DNA from: an uncultured delta proteobacterium
Lineage (GTDB): Bacteria; Desulfobacterota; Binatia; UBA9968
Assembly (NCBI GenBank): GCA_963816145.1
Contig: CAWFJP010000014.1
Coordinates: forward strand, 256,001-320,000
DNA: 64,000 bases
Direction: 5' to 3'
The position numbers were made by a program, and so were the translations under genes. The notes under the pieces were generated by a model. It ran no database searches. It was not told where the DNA came from and worked only from the letters and a program-made list of their open reading frames with translations. Positions 36,429 through 46,979 of this stretch are shown here, piece by piece (positions within the stretch are counted from its first letter, which is position 1; every line of letters starts with the position of its first letter).

Positions 36429-37529
36429 CTAATCCAGTTTCTCATGCAGCCAGGCGACAACGGTCTTCAAGATATTGGGAATCGCCCCCATATGGCCGCC
36501 GGGGAAGAGCCGGATGGTTTTGGGTGTGCCATGTTCGAGCAATAAGTAAAAATCCTCCAGTGGGACCTGCTTGTCTTCTTTGCCGTTGACGATGAGCAAC
36601 GGCGCGCAGGGCTGGTCGAGCAGGCCGCGATCTTTGAGCGACAGGGCCGGCATGACGGCGCATAGCTCGTCGAAGGTTTTCTTGCCGAACAAATTGGCGC
36701 GCGCTTCGATCAGATCGAACAGATAGGAGTCGGCATGGCGCGAGCGTTCTTGCCACTCGGGCTGAAAGAAATAATGAATGCCGCCGCCCCAGTTGACCGC
36801 GGCGCGCAATTTGTCCGGCGCCAAGTGGGCGAGCTTGGTCGACCAATGGCCACCGAAGCTGGCGCCGACGACGGCGATCTTGTTGGGGTCGACCTCGGGC
36901 CGGTTGAGCAAATACTCGAGCACGGCCAAGTGCACTTGATGGGCCTCCGGTCCGGCGAGCATCGGGCATTCGCCGGTGCCCGGGCTGTCGATAATGAAAC
37001 AGCCCCAGCCTTCCTTGACGAAGTTCTCGCCGAAGGAGTGGCGTTCTTCTTTCCAGTTGTCGATGCCGCCCCAGTGCATGATCATCGGCGCCGGCAGCTG
37101 CTTGGGCAGGCGCAGATGGCCAATAATCGCTTTGTCGGCTTTGTCTTGGAAGGGGATGGCAACTCGCTCCACCGGGATGTCGAAATATTTCGACGCGGCG
37201 AGAAACATCTCGCGGGTCTTGCGGTAGCCATGATGTTTCCCCGGCGTACTCGGGAAGGGATGGCGGGCGATGCCGTAGTAGCCGTAGGATTTCAAAAAGG
37301 CCGTTTTGGCCGCCGTCACGTTGCCGGCCTGCTCAGCCGCCTTCGCTTGGTCTTCCCATTTGGCGCCAAGCTCGTTCCACGCTGCCGCCCAAGTCTCGCC
37401 TTCGAAATCGGCCATTCTCGCCAGCGCCTGTTCCGACTCGGACTTGTCGGCCTGGAGAAATGGCGCGCGGTGGCCGACCCGTTCGCGAATATCATTCTTT
37501 ACTTCGTCGACAGTTCTCGGTTCACTCAT
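36429..37529 (-). CDS. Alpha/beta hydrolase (FrsA / 2,6-dihydroxypseudooxynicotine hydrolase-like)
   Basis: GGIDNWKEE, DSPGTGE, GASFGG, GGHMG. Confidence 0.82.
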   Translation of the reverse strand: MSEPRTVDEVKNDIRERVGHRAPFLQADKSESEQALARMADFEGETWAAAWNELGAKWEDQAKAAEQAGNVTAAKTAFLKSYGYYGIARHPFPSTPGKHHGYRKTREMFLAASKYFDIPVERVAIPFQDKADKAIIGHLRLPKQLPAPMIMHWGGIDNWKEERHSFGENFVKEGWGCFIIDSPGTGECPMLAGPEAHQVHLAVLEYLLNRPEVDPNKIAVVGASFGGHWSTKLAHLAPDKLRAAVNWGGGIHYFFQPEWQERSRHADSYLFDLIEARANLFGKKTFDELCAVMPALSLKDRGLLDQPCAPLLIVNGKEDKQVPLEDFYLLLEHGTPKTIRLFPGGHMGAIPNILKTVVAWLHEKLD

Positions 37530-37775
37530 AAGCGACTTCCTTAATTGAATCAGTCCTATCTAATGCGCAAATAGGGCTTAGGTCAATCGCTGCGAGCTAT
37601 CCGGTTCAGGCAAATTCCTCCGTCAGGCGATAACTTGGTTTCCGTATTTCTAAGCGAAATACGCCGGTCTTGCTGTTGACCTTTCCAATTCTCCATGTCA
37701 TCCAAATGTTTCAAATAGTCCTTTACTGATGGTTTCATTTCGATATAGTTTCCGCAGAAAACGCGGGGTCAATTC

Positions 37776-38636
37776 ATGGCGACTATCATCGACGGCAAAG
37801 CCGTCGCCAAAGAAGTTCAGAAACAAATCAAGGCAGAAGTTGAGGGATTGGAGCGACGCTGGAGCATGGCGCCCGGGTTGGCGGTGGTGCTGGTGGGCGA
37901 CGACCCGGCTTCGCATATCTATATTCGCAATAAGGAAAAGGCCTGCAAGGATGTCGGCATCAAATCCTTCGAGCATTTCCTCCCCGCAACGGTGTCCGAA
38001 AGAGACCTACTGGCGTTGGTGCATCAGCTCAACAAAGACAAGCACGTGCATGGTATCCTAGTACAATTGCCGCTGCCGCCGCATATTCATTCGGAACGAA
38101 TCCTCGACGCGATCTCGCCCTATAAGGATGTCGACGGTTTTCATCCGGTCAATCAAGGCAAATTATTGGTTGGCGCGGACGGATTCCGGCCCTGTACGCC
38201 GTTGGGCGTGATGAAGCTGTTGGAAGCGGCGGGCTGCGATCCCAAAGGAAAAAACGCGGTGGTGGTCGGCCGCAGCAACATCGTTGGCAAACCTGTCGCG
38301 CTCATGTTGCTCGAAAAGCACGCTACCGTGACGATCTGCCATTCGCGTACCGCCAGTTTGCGCGATGAAGTAGCCCGAGGCGACATTGTGGTGGTCGCCA
38401 TCGGCAAGGCCGGCATTGTGCGCGGCGAATGGATCAAGCCCGGCGCGGTGGTGATCGATGTCGGCATCAATCGGTTGCCAACCGGCAAGCTCTGCGGCGA
38501 CATCGAGTTCGACGTCGCCAAGGAGCGCGCGGCGGCGATTACCCCGGTGCCCGGCGGCGTCGGACCGATGACGATTTCAATGTTGCTCTTCAATACCTTG
38601 AAGGCCGCAAAAGACTCGCTGCAGCGTGAACGCTAA
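37776..38636 (+). CDS. folD: Methylenetetrahydrofolate dehydrogenase/cyclohydrolase
   Basis: [37 protein letters not shown]. Confidence 0.97.
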   Translation: MATIIDGKAVAKEVQKQIKAEVEGLERRWSMAPGLAVVLVGDDPASHIYIRNKEKACKDVGIKSFEHFLPATVSERDLLALVHQLNKDKHVHGILVQLPLPPHIHSERILDAISPYKDVDGFHPVNQGKLLVGADGFRPCTPLGVMKLLEAAGCDPKGKNAVVVGRSNIVGKPVALMLLEKHATVTICHSRTASLRDEVARGDIVVVAIGKAGIVRGEWIKPGAVVIDVGINRLPTGKLCGDIEFDVAKERAAAITPVPGGVGPMTISMLLFNTLKAAKDSLQRER

Positions 38637-38657
38637 AATGATTTGTCGGCTGGACTG

Positions 38658-39755
38658 ATGGCGGTCGGTGTGGCGCTAAAAAGAACCCCGCTCTACGCCG
38701 CGCACCGGCGGGCCGGTGCGAAGATGGTCGAGTTCGCCGGCTGGGAAATGCCGGTACAGTATTGCGGCGTCATCGACGAGCATCTGGCGGTGCGCGGTAA
38801 AGCCGGCCTGTTCGATGTCAGCCATATGGGCGAGATCGAGGTGCGCGGCGCCGGCGCTCTGGAATTTTGCCAGCGGCTCACCGCTAATGATGTGGCGCGC
38901 TTGCAATTGTTCCAGGCGCAGTACAGCTTCTTGCTCAACGAGCAGGGTGGCGTGATCGACGACGTGATTATTTATCGGGTCAAGCCCGAGGCTTATTTCA
39001 TCTGCGTCAATGCCTCGAACATCGACAAAGATTTCGCCTGGCTGGCGGGTCATGCCGACGCGGCTGTCGAGGTCGAAAATCAAAGCGCGATGTATGCGCA
39101 GTTGGCGCTCCAGGGGCCGGCGGCGGAAGCGATCCTCCAGCCACTGACGGCGCAAGCATTGTCGGCGATCAAATCGTTTCAATTCCAATTTGCCGATGTC
39201 GCGACGATTCGCTGCATGGTGGCGCGCACCGGCTACACGGGCGAGCCGGGATTTGAGCTTTATTGCCATGGCGACGCGGCCGAGCGCTTGTGGGACACAT
39301 TGATGGCAGCGGGTGAACCGAACGGTCTGGTTGCCGTCGGACTGGGCGCGCGTGACACCCTGCGCCTCGAAAAGGCTTACCCACTCTACGGCCATGAGCT
39401 GGACGATTCGACGACGCCGTTGGAGGCGGGCTTGGAGTGGGTGCTCAAGTTGGCCAAACCGTCGTTTTTCGGCCGCGAGCGGTTGCTCGAACAAAAGCAG
39501 CATGGCGTTACGCGCAAGTTGGTTGGGCTCGAAGCGCTCGAACCGGGCATTCCACGCGGCGGCTACGGTGTGTTCAAGGACGACGCCAAGATTGGCGCGA
39601 TTACCAGCGGGACGAAATCGCCGTCGCTCGGCAAAGCGATCGCCCTGGCTTACGTCGCCAGCGGCGAGGCGCGGCTCGAAAATCGCGTCGACGTCGAAAT
39701 TCGCGGCCGGAAGATTGCGGCACAAATAGTTCCATTGCCATTTTATCGCCGTTAG
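38658..39755 (+). CDS. gcvT: Glycine cleavage aminomethyltransferase
   Basis: FAGWEMP, FDVSHMG, RTGYTGE, GARDTLRLE. Confidence 0.96.
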   Translation: MAVGVALKRTPLYAAHRRAGAKMVEFAGWEMPVQYCGVIDEHLAVRGKAGLFDVSHMGEIEVRGAGALEFCQRLTANDVARLQLFQAQYSFLLNEQGGVIDDVIIYRVKPEAYFICVNASNIDKDFAWLAGHADAAVEVENQSAMYAQLALQGPAAEAILQPLTAQALSAIKSFQFQFADVATIRCMVARTGYTGEPGFELYCHGDAAERLWDTLMAAGEPNGLVAVGLGARDTLRLEKAYPLYGHELDDSTTPLEAGLEWVLKLAKPSFFGRERLLEQKQHGVTRKLVGLEALEPGIPRGGYGVFKDDAKIGAITSGTKSPSLGKAIALAYVASGEARLENRVDVEIRGRKIAAQIVPLPFYRR

Positions 39756-39790
39756 CGGCGCAGCCATTAGGATCATGAAGGAGGTCATCG

Positions 39791-40252
39791 ATGGAGTTTC
39801 CTGACGGGCTAAAATATTCCAAAGAACATGAATGGGTGCTGATCGAAGGCACCAGCGCGACGATCGGTATCACCGAGTACGCTCAAGAGGAGTTGGGCGA
39901 TATTGTCTTCGTCGAACTGCCTGAAGTGGGCGAGAAAATCGTCAAGGACGATCCCTTCGGTGCGGTAGAGTCGGTGAAGGCGGTGTCCGATATCTACGCG
40001 CCGGTGAGCGGCGAGGTAATGGAGACCAACGAAATCCTGCCGGACAATCCGGAGACCATTAACGATGATCCTTACGGCGACGGCTGGATGGTGCGCGTCG
40101 AGCTGTCCGATGTCGACGATCTCAAGGATTTGATGGACGCCGACGAATACGCCGAGTATGTCGCCCAGCAAAAAGAGGACGATGACGAGGAAGAAGATGA
40201 AGACGAAGATGACGGCGAAGAAGAAGACGAGGATGAAGACGAAGACAAGTAA
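39791..40252 (+). CDS. gcvH: Glycine cleavage H protein with acidic tail
   Basis: HEWV, GITEYAQ, VESVKA lipoyl site, PYGDGW. Confidence 0.96.
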   Translation: MEFPDGLKYSKEHEWVLIEGTSATIGITEYAQEELGDIVFVELPEVGEKIVKDDPFGAVESVKAVSDIYAPVSGEVMETNEILPDNPETINDDPYGDGWMVRVELSDVDDLKDLMDADEYAEYVAQQKEDDDEEEDEDEDDGEEEDEDEDEDK

Positions 40253-40261
40253 GCGCGCCTG

Positions 40262-41611
40262 ATGCGTTACACTCCACATACTAGCGCCGACAAAGAGCGC
40301 ATGCTGCGGCAAATCGGCTGCGCGTCGATCGACGATCTCACCCGTCATGTGCCGAAGTCGTTGCGCGATCGTGCCAGGATCGCGCTTGCGGACGGGTTGA
40401 CCGAGCTGGAGGTGTGCCGGCGCCTGAGCGCTTTGGCAGCGCGTAATGTTTCGGCGGTCGACTGGAGCTTTTTTCTCGGCGGCGGCATCTATAATCATTT
40501 CATTCCCAGCGCGGTGGACGCGACGATCTCACGGGCGGAGTTTTCGACCTCCTATACGCCGTATCAGCCCGAAGTGAGCCAGGGGACGCTGCAAGCGTTG
40601 TTCGAGTATCAGACGCTAATTTGCCAGCTCACCGGCATGGAGGTTTCCAACGCGGCGGTCTACGACGGCGCGTCGGCGGTCGCCGAAGCGGTTTTGATGT
40701 CGCGCCGGATTCAGCCGGCAAAAAAGCGCCGCGTGCTCATGTCGCGGGCGCTGCACCCCCAGTATCGCGCCGTGGTGGCGACGTATTTGAAAAACCTTGA
40801 AGATGTTCACCTCGAAGAGCTTTCTTTCGATGCCGCCAGCGGCACGACCGATCTTGATCAGCTCAAGGGCCGGCTCAACGATCAAACCATGTGCGTGCTA
40901 TTGGGTTATCCGAATTTTTTTGGTGTGATCGAAGAATTGGCGCCGATCCGGTCGGCATGCGATACCGTCGGCGCCCACCTGATAACGGTCACGAGCGAGC
41001 CTTTGTCCCTGGCACTGCTGAAGCCGCCGGGGGATTTCGGCGCCGATATCGCTGTCGGCGAGGGGCAGAGCTTGGGCGTGCCCATGAGTCTTGGCGGTCC
41101 CGCCTTCGGATTTTTCGCCTGCCAGAAAAAGTTCGTCAGAAATATTCCGGGGCGGTTGGTCGGTGAAACCGTTGACAGTGAAGGACGGCGCGGATTTGTC
41201 TTGACCCTCGCCACTCGCGAACAGCACATCCGGCGCGAGAAGGCGACCTCGAATATTTGCACCAGTCAGACACTGTGCGCGCTGGCCGCGACCGTGTACA
41301 TGGCACTGCTGGGCAAATCGGGATTGCGCCGTATTGCTGAAATCAATGTTGCCCGTGCTCATGATGCGCATGCTCAGATGTTGCGGCAGCAAGGATTTAG
41401 CGCGCCGTTTTCCGCGCCGTTCTTCAATGAATTCGTTCTGCAGTCGGACAACCTGGCGGAGCTTTTTGCCAAATGCGCGGTGCAAAAAATCGTCCCCGGC
41501 ATCGCTTTGGAGCGTGACTATCCCGAGCTGAAAAATGCCTTCTTGACCTGCGTCACTGAAATGAATCAGCGAGAGGAGATCGACCGCCTTGTCCGAACCA
41601 GCGCAGGATAA
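40262..41611 (+). CDS. gcvPA: Glycine dehydrogenase subunit 1
   Basis: YTPYQPEVSQG, REQHIRREKATSNIC. Confidence 0.96.
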   Translation: MRYTPHTSADKERMLRQIGCASIDDLTRHVPKSLRDRARIALADGLTELEVCRRLSALAARNVSAVDWSFFLGGGIYNHFIPSAVDATISRAEFSTSYTPYQPEVSQGTLQALFEYQTLICQLTGMEVSNAAVYDGASAVAEAVLMSRRIQPAKKRRVLMSRALHPQYRAVVATYLKNLEDVHLEELSFDAASGTTDLDQLKGRLNDQTMCVLLGYPNFFGVIEELAPIRSACDTVGAHLITVTSEPLSLALLKPPGDFGADIAVGEGQSLGVPMSLGGPAFGFFACQKKFVRNIPGRLVGETVDSEGRRGFVLTLATREQHIRREKATSNICTSQTLCALAATVYMALLGKSGLRRIAEINVARAHDAHAQMLRQQGFSAPFSAPFFNEFVLQSDNLAELFAKCAVQKIVPGIALERDYPELKNAFLTCVTEMNQREEIDRLVRTSAG

Positions 41612-43097
41612 GAAGCGCTCGCAAGTGGCGCCGCCAAAACTGCTGTTCGAGAGGGGCTCGCCTGGGCGCAGCGCCATCGACTGGGCGGCAGAGGGCGATA
41701 AGATCGAGGCCTCGATCCCGTCCCATCTGCTGCGCCGGGATATCGACGGCTTTCCCGAGCTCGGCGAGCTTGAAGTGCTGCGCCATTTCACCGGATTATC
41801 GCAGCGTAATTTCTCGATCGAGAGCCAGTTCTATCCGTTGGGCTCTTGCACGATGAAATACAATCCCAAGATCAACGAAGCGGTGGCGCGCTTTCCCGGC
41901 TTCGCGCAGCTCCATCCGCTGGCTGCTCCCGAACATCTGCAAGGCGCGCTGGCGGTGCTCTTCGAGCTCGAGCGGATGCTGGCCGAAGTAAGCGGCATGG
42001 AGCATGTCAGTTTGCAGCCATCCGCCGGCGCTCAGGGCGAGCTGACCGGCTTAATGCTGATCCGGGCTTTTTTAAGCGAGCAGGGCAACCCGCGCAAGAA
42101 CATCATCGTTCCTGATACTGCGCACGGCACGAACCCGGCGAGTTCGACGTTGTGTGGTTACGACGTGATCCAGATTTCCTCCAACGACAAAGGGGTAATC
42201 AGTGCTGCGGCGGTGGAAAAGGTTACGGATGACGATGTCGCGGCGATCATGATCACCAATCCCAATACCTTGGGTCTGTTCGAGACCAATATCGAAGCGA
42301 TCGCGCAGATCGTTCATGCCAAGGGCGGTTTGGTCTATTTGGATGGAGCGAATCTAAATGCGCTCATGGGTGTCGCCAAACCCGGCCATATGGGCGTCGA
42401 TGTTTTGCACATGAATTTGCACAAGACCTTCTCCACGCCTCATGGCGGCGGCGGGCCGGGGGCGGGACCGGTGGGGGTAAAAGCACAACTGTGCGATTAT
42501 TTGCCGGTGCCGCGCGTGATCAAATCCGGCGACGGCTATGGCTTGGACGAAAACTTTGCCAAATCGGTGGGCCGGGTGCGCTCCTTTCTCGGCAACTTCG
42601 GCGTGCTCTTGCGCGCTTATACTTACATGCTTTCACTCGGCGGCGACGGGCTTGAAGAGGCGAGCCGCATGGCGTTGTTGAATGCCAACTACATTCGCAG
42701 GAAACTCGACAAGAGTTACCAGCTCGCCTACGACGAACCGTGCATGCACGAGTGCATTTTTACCGATCGCATGCAGCACAGGAATGGCGTGAGCACTCTG
42801 GATATTGCCAAGCGGCTGCTCGACTATGGTTATCATCCGCCGACGATTTATTTTCCGCTGGTGGTTTCCGGCGCTTTGATGATCGAGCCAACCGAAACTG
42901 AAACGCCCGAAACCTTGGATGGATTTTGTGCAGCGATGGTGGCCATCGCTGAGGAAGCGAAAGTCGACCCCGAGCTGGTCAAGAGCGCGCCGCATTCGAC
43001 GCCGGTGCGTCGTCTTGACGAGGCGCGCGCCGCACGCAAGCCGGTGCTACGCTGGGACGACAGTGCGCTTCGCGATAGCCCCACCGACAAATCATGA
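41589..43097 (+). CDS. gcvPB: Glycine dehydrogenase subunit 2
   Basis: PLGSCTMKYNP, NLHKTFSTPHGGGGPG. Confidence 0.96.
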   Translation: MSEPAQDKKRSQVAPPKLLFERGSPGRSAIDWAAEGDKIEASIPSHLLRRDIDGFPELGELEVLRHFTGLSQRNFSIESQFYPLGSCTMKYNPKINEAVARFPGFAQLHPLAAPEHLQGALAVLFELERMLAEVSGMEHVSLQPSAGAQGELTGLMLIRAFLSEQGNPRKNIIVPDTAHGTNPASSTLCGYDVIQISSNDKGVISAAAVEKVTDDDVAAIMITNPNTLGLFETNIEAIAQIVHAKGGLVYLDGANLNALMGVAKPGHMGVDVLHMNLHKTFSTPHGGGGPGAGPVGVKAQLCDYLPVPRVIKSGDGYGLDENFAKSVGRVRSFLGNFGVLLRAYTYMLSLGGDGLEEASRMALLNANYIRRKLDKSYQLAYDEPCMHECIFTDRMQHRNGVSTLDIAKRLLDYGYHPPTIYFPLVVSGALMIEPTETETPETLDGFCAAMVAIAEEAKVDPELVKSAPHSTPVRRLDEARAARKPVLRWDDSALRDSPTDKS

Positions 43098-43111
43098 ACC
43101 GGTCCTTCGGT

Positions 43112-43969
43112 TCAACGCGTGTCGCGGTAATTCAGCCGATTATCGTTATACTCCATCGAAGCCGAGATCGTCACCGGACCGCCCTTGATCCAAGACGGAA
43201 TCGGCGGGAACGGCGCGGCGGCTCTGATCGCGCGTAGCGCTTCGTCGTCGAGCAGTTGTGAGCCGGACGATCGAATGATACGCAGTTGTTCCAGTTGGCC
43301 GTTGGCGCCGATGGCGAACTCCAGCGACAGCCGGCCTTGCAGGCCGTAACGCAGTGCCAGCTCCGGGTACTCCCAGTTTTGCTCGATCGCCATTTTGATC
43401 CGGTTGAAGTAACTGACGTAGACGGGATCTTTTGTGTTCAGACTGACAGGCGCGCTGTTTCTGCCGCCGCCGCTCGAATAGGTGATCGGCGGTAACAGCT
43501 CTTTCACCGTCGGCAGCCGGCGTTCGCCAACCTCGCTCTTTGCGATGGGAATTTCACGTTGATTGGTCGGCGCTGTCGGCACCGGCAGTCCCGCCACTGC
43601 TTCGTCGCGGTTGCGTTCGGCATCGGGGGCCTTTTCCGTAGCGGGAGCGGCTTTCTCACCGCTGGTAGCGCGGGCTCTCTCGCCGCGCTCGCGGGGCTTT
43701 TCCAACCGCGGCGCTGATTCCTGCCGGCTAGCAAACTTTGAATCCTTCTTGGCGACGATTGCCGGTGTCTTGGTGACTTTGGTTGGTGCCGGTGGCCCAG
43801 CGCCCGTGTCCTTGGCGCTCGGCGGCATGAGGGAAACCGCGATCGGTGGCGGCGCCGAGCGAGTGCGCGTCGCTAACTTCTGTGCCAAGACGAAGTAGGC
43901 GAACACCGCGGCGTGGAGCGCCAGCGACAGGCCGAAGAAGCGCGCGAGGGTGATGTTCAACGGAGCCAC
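43112..43969 (-). CDS. TonB/TolA-family energy transducer
   Basis: SLALH TM, WEYP..A, SSG..LLD..AL..APFPP. Confidence 0.85.
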   Translation of the reverse strand: MAPLNITLARFFGLSLALHAAVFAYFVLAQKLATRTRSAPPPIAVSLMPPSAKDTGAGPPAPTKVTKTPAIVAKKDSKFASRQESAPRLEKPRERGERARATSGEKAAPATEKAPDAERNRDEAVAGLPVPTAPTNQREIPIAKSEVGERRLPTVKELLPPITYSSGGGRNSAPVSLNTKDPVYVSYFNRIKMAIEQNWEYPELALRYGLQGRLSLEFAIGANGQLEQLRIIRSSGSQLLDDEALRAIRAAAPFPPIPSWIKGGPVTISASMEYNDNRLNYRDTR

Positions 43970-44059
43970 GATAGTGTATTTAACTTATATCGATCGGAAA
44001 GATTCGTCGATACTTGTTTTTTGCCAGGGCGCGATGGCCGCTAGGCGTCTGGAGGACCG

Positions 44060-44248
44060 ATGTTTGGTTTTGGCGTAGGCGAATTACTGGTTGTGCTGGT
44101 TATTGTCCTGGTGCTGTTCAGCAACCGCTTGCCGGACCTCGGTGAGGGTCTCGGCAAGAGCATTCGCAAGTTCCGCAAGGCAGTCAACCAGCCCGATGAA
44201 ATCGATGTCACGCCGAAAAAGGATTCAGACGAACCTAACAAACCTTGA
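44060..44248 (+). CDS. tatA: Twin-arginine translocase TatA/E
   Basis: [25 protein letters not shown]. Confidence 0.88.
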   Translation: MFGFGVGELLVVLVIVLVLFSNRLPDLGEGLGKSIRKFRKAVNQPDEIDVTPKKDSDEPNKP

Positions 44249-44252
44249 CTTA

Positions 44253-45308
44253 TCAAACTGCGCCGTCGGCGAGCACCACTTCCAAGCTGAAGTCTTTGGC
44301 CTGCTTGGCCGGTTTCAAAAATACCACCGTAAAAGGAATGGAATCTCCCGGCGGCAGCTCGAAACTCTTGAGCGGTTTGAGATCTTGCAAGTGCGGTATA
44401 TCTTCCGCGGTCATGCCGCGGATGATCTTCGGTGAGATCGTATTGCCGATCCAGATGGTTTGTCTTTCCAGCTCTTTACCCGCGGTATTGAATACCTTGC
44501 CGGTTACCTTCACCTCGCGAATCACCACTGGATTCTGATTGATCGCCACGCCGGTAAGGACCAACACCTCGCGGTTGCCTTGAATGTTCTCGTAGCCCGT
44601 GCGCAAGGATTGCAGCACGACGCCATCCTTTAGGTGGTTGTTTTTCAGCACGGCAGCGCCGACCCAGGGAATCTTTTTTACCAGACTTTCCATCGCCGCC
44701 GGTTTGGCGTTGGTCATCGCTGCCAGCAAAGAAAATCCGAGAAGTAAGAGTCCAAACAAACTCAAATAGGGCCGGATCGAGGCGCGCTGGTCGACATAGG
44801 AAGACATCGCCAGGATGTTGGTTGTTGAAGTTGCGTTGTCCTCTTTTAATCCTGGGGCGGCGAATGCGCGTTCGTCCGCTTCGAAGTTTTTCGCTATGTC
44901 GACGATCTTTTCCGGTTCGCGATTCTCCGCGGCGGCAAGCATGGTAAACGGGGTCTCGGAAAGCTGCCCTGCCGGTTCGGGGTTCAACGACCATTGTTCG
45001 GGCGCAGGGGAAATCGCTGGATCTGATTGAGTATTCGATGACTTTATGGTTTGCGTGGCGCTCTCGTCGGCTTCGCTAACCGCTGCCGGTGACGGCGAAA
45101 AGCTGAAGCTTAGTTCGCGGTCCTGCGGCTCCAGGGTAGCCTCCGACGCGCTGGCCGCGGGTGTCACCGCCATGATCGGCACCGATTCTGCGCCTTCAAG
45201 TTCAAAGGTATGTTTGCAGCGCGAGCAGCGAAACGCCGGTGCGGCGCCTTTGACGACCTCATCGGCGACCTTGTAGGTGGTGCGGCAACTCGGACATTTA
45301 ACTAGCAT
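44253..45308 (-). CDS. MJ0042 zinc-ribbon / DUF3426-like membrane protein
   Basis: CPSC..CSRCKHTF, linker, single TM, C-terminal beta-rich domain. Confidence 0.8.
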   Translation of the reverse strand: MLVKCPSCRTTYKVADEVVKGAAPAFRCSRCKHTFELEGAESVPIMAVTPAASASEATLEPQDRELSFSFSPSPAAVSEADESATQTIKSSNTQSDPAISPAPEQWSLNPEPAGQLSETPFTMLAAAENREPEKIVDIAKNFEADERAFAAPGLKEDNATSTTNILAMSSYVDQRASIRPYLSLFGLLLLGFSLLAAMTNAKPAAMESLVKKIPWVGAAVLKNNHLKDGVVLQSLRTGYENIQGNREVLVLTGVAINQNPVVIREVKVTGKVFNTAGKELERQTIWIGNTISPKIIRGMTAEDIPHLQDLKPLKSFELPPGDSIPFTVVFLKPAKQAKDFSLEVVLADGAV

Positions 45309-45465
45309 GAAAAATCCTCTATCGGATTCGGCGCATTCGGACGAAATTTGAGGGTAACTGATGCGATTCTAGGTTAATTGACGAAAAGTGCAAGGATTTA
45401 TGTTAATGAGTTGTTTTAAACGCTGAATAATCGTTTTCTGATGGCGTCTAAAAGGCAGGATCGTT

Positions 45466-46020
45466 GTGGAGCTGAGCGATTGGCAACTGGTTGAGAAGTG
45501 CCAGGCGGGGGATGTAGATGCATTCCAGAAACTGGTCTCGCGCTATCATCAGAAAGTCTTCATGGTGATCCTCGGGCTTATGCGCAACCGCGAGGACGCA
45601 CTGGAAGTGGCCCAGGAAACTTTTTTCCGGGCCTATCGAAAGATCAAAAGCTTTCAAGGCGGCTCGTCGTTCTATACATGGATCTATCGGATCGCGGTTA
45701 ACAACGCGATCGACGCCCAACGCAAGCAAAAGCGCAACCCGTTGGACTTTCACGAGACCATGGATGGGTTTTTCGAAGCGCGCAACGAGGTCGCCAGGGA
45801 TCCTTTCTCGGATGTTCACGACCGGGAATTGCGCGAGACCATGGCCAAGGCGATTAACGAATTGACACCAGAGCACAAAGCCGTCATCGTATTGAGAACC
45901 ATTGAAGGGATGTCTTACAAGGACATTGGCGAGATTCTTGGTTGCTCTGAGGGCACGGTGATGAGCCGGCTGCATTACGCAAGAAAGAAATTGCAGGATA
46001 AGTTGAGTGCCTTTTTATGA
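45466..46020 (+). CDS. ECF sigma factor (RpoE-like)
   Basis: AQETF, FYTWIYRIAVN, GTVMSRLHYAR. Confidence 0.93.
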   Translation: MELSDWQLVEKCQAGDVDAFQKLVSRYHQKVFMVILGLMRNREDALEVAQETFFRAYRKIKSFQGGSSFYTWIYRIAVNNAIDAQRKQKRNPLDFHETMDGFFEARNEVARDPFSDVHDRELRETMAKAINELTPEHKAVIVLRTIEGMSYKDIGEILGCSEGTVMSRLHYARKKLQDKLSAFL

Positions 46021-46547
46021 ACCAATGCGAAACCATTCGAGAATCCATCGGCCGTTGGCTGGACGGCGAGTTACAAACTGCCGACAGCGAAGCGGTGCGC
46101 CGCCATGTGGAAGGTTGTCCCGACTGCGCAGCCGCGCGTCAGCGATTGGAAAAAATCCAAGCCATGCTCGGCAACCTTCTGACGGCGGAAGCGTCGCAGC
46201 TTGAGTTCGCGCCGTTCTGGCGTGAGGTGCGCCGCCGTATCGAAGAAAAGCGGCCGTGGCATGAAGAGCTGATCGAGTGGGCGCAATCCTTGTTGATCGC
46301 TCCGCGGCTGGCCTGGGCAGTTCCGGCGGCGATTATGGTGTTACTGGGTCTCTTATCCCTTGCCAAATGGCCGGTCGGCGGTCAGGTTAGCAACTACGCT
46401 TCGGTGGAGTCGATTGACACCCATGGTCGCAACGTCGCGCTCTTGCGCGAGGACAAAACCAAGACGACGATTATTTGGCTTTATCAAGATCCGGAAGGTG
46501 AAAGCGAGAATGTGGAAGAAGCTACGAAATCCGGTCCTGCTTTTTAG
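46017..46547 (+). CDS. Zinc-binding anti-sigma factor (zf-HC2)
   Basis: LDGEL..HVEGCPDC, TM segment, ATGA coupling to sigma. Confidence 0.88.
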   Translation: MNQCETIRESIGRWLDGELQTADSEAVRRHVEGCPDCAAARQRLEKIQAMLGNLLTAEASQLEFAPFWREVRRRIEEKRPWHEELIEWAQSLLIAPRLAWAVPAAIMVLLGLLSLAKWPVGGQVSNYASVESIDTHGRNVALLREDKTKTTIIWLYQDPEGESENVEEATKSGPAF

Positions 46548-46971
46548 CCTGGCTTTGGTATCGGCCGCCAGCTGGCTGCATGCTGCGGATAGCGCTTCCC
46601 AATCCGTACAAGTGACGGTCCGATCGATTTTGGCTGGCAGTAAAAGCGATGAGTTCGACCCAAAACTCAAAAGCCTGGAGCAGCAACTCAAACCATTGAA
46701 ACACCGTTCCTACCGGGCGCTGAAGGATGAGACCCAGACCATTCCTTGGCAGGGCAGTAAGGTGTTTGAAATCCCTGGCGGCCGCTCTCTCACGATCGTA
46801 CCCCAGGAGTTTCAAAATGATCGGATTGGTTTAAAGATTCGTTTGACCCAAGGTGACAAACCGCTGATCGACACCACGGTCAAGATTGCAAATAAGGGGA
46901 ATATTATTCTTGGCGGACCTGCTCATGAGGGCGGTTCATTGGTTTTGTCAATCTCCGCTGCGTCGCAGTAA
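46510..46971 (+). CDS. Exported hypothetical protein
   Basis: Signal peptide MWKKLRNPVLLFSLALVSAA; overlaps anti-sigma 3' end. Confidence 0.7.
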   Translation: MWKKLRNPVLLFSLALVSAASWLHAADSASQSVQVTVRSILAGSKSDEFDPKLKSLEQQLKPLKHRSYRALKDETQTIPWQGSKVFEIPGGRSLTIVPQEFQNDRIGLKIRLTQGDKPLIDTTVKIANKGNIILGGPAHEGGSLVLSISAASQ

Positions 46972-46979
46972 CGATACCC

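Noticed and set aside
37530-38657. Glycine or THF riboswitch ahead of folD/gcvT
   Set aside because: No recognisable aptamer consensus upstream of folD, and the folD-gcvT gap is too short.
38676-39788. Long antisense ORFs (e.g. 370 aa opposite gcvT, 271 aa opposite the Mo-hydroxylase)
   Set aside because: Typical shadow ORFs of GC-rich coding sequence with no motifs.
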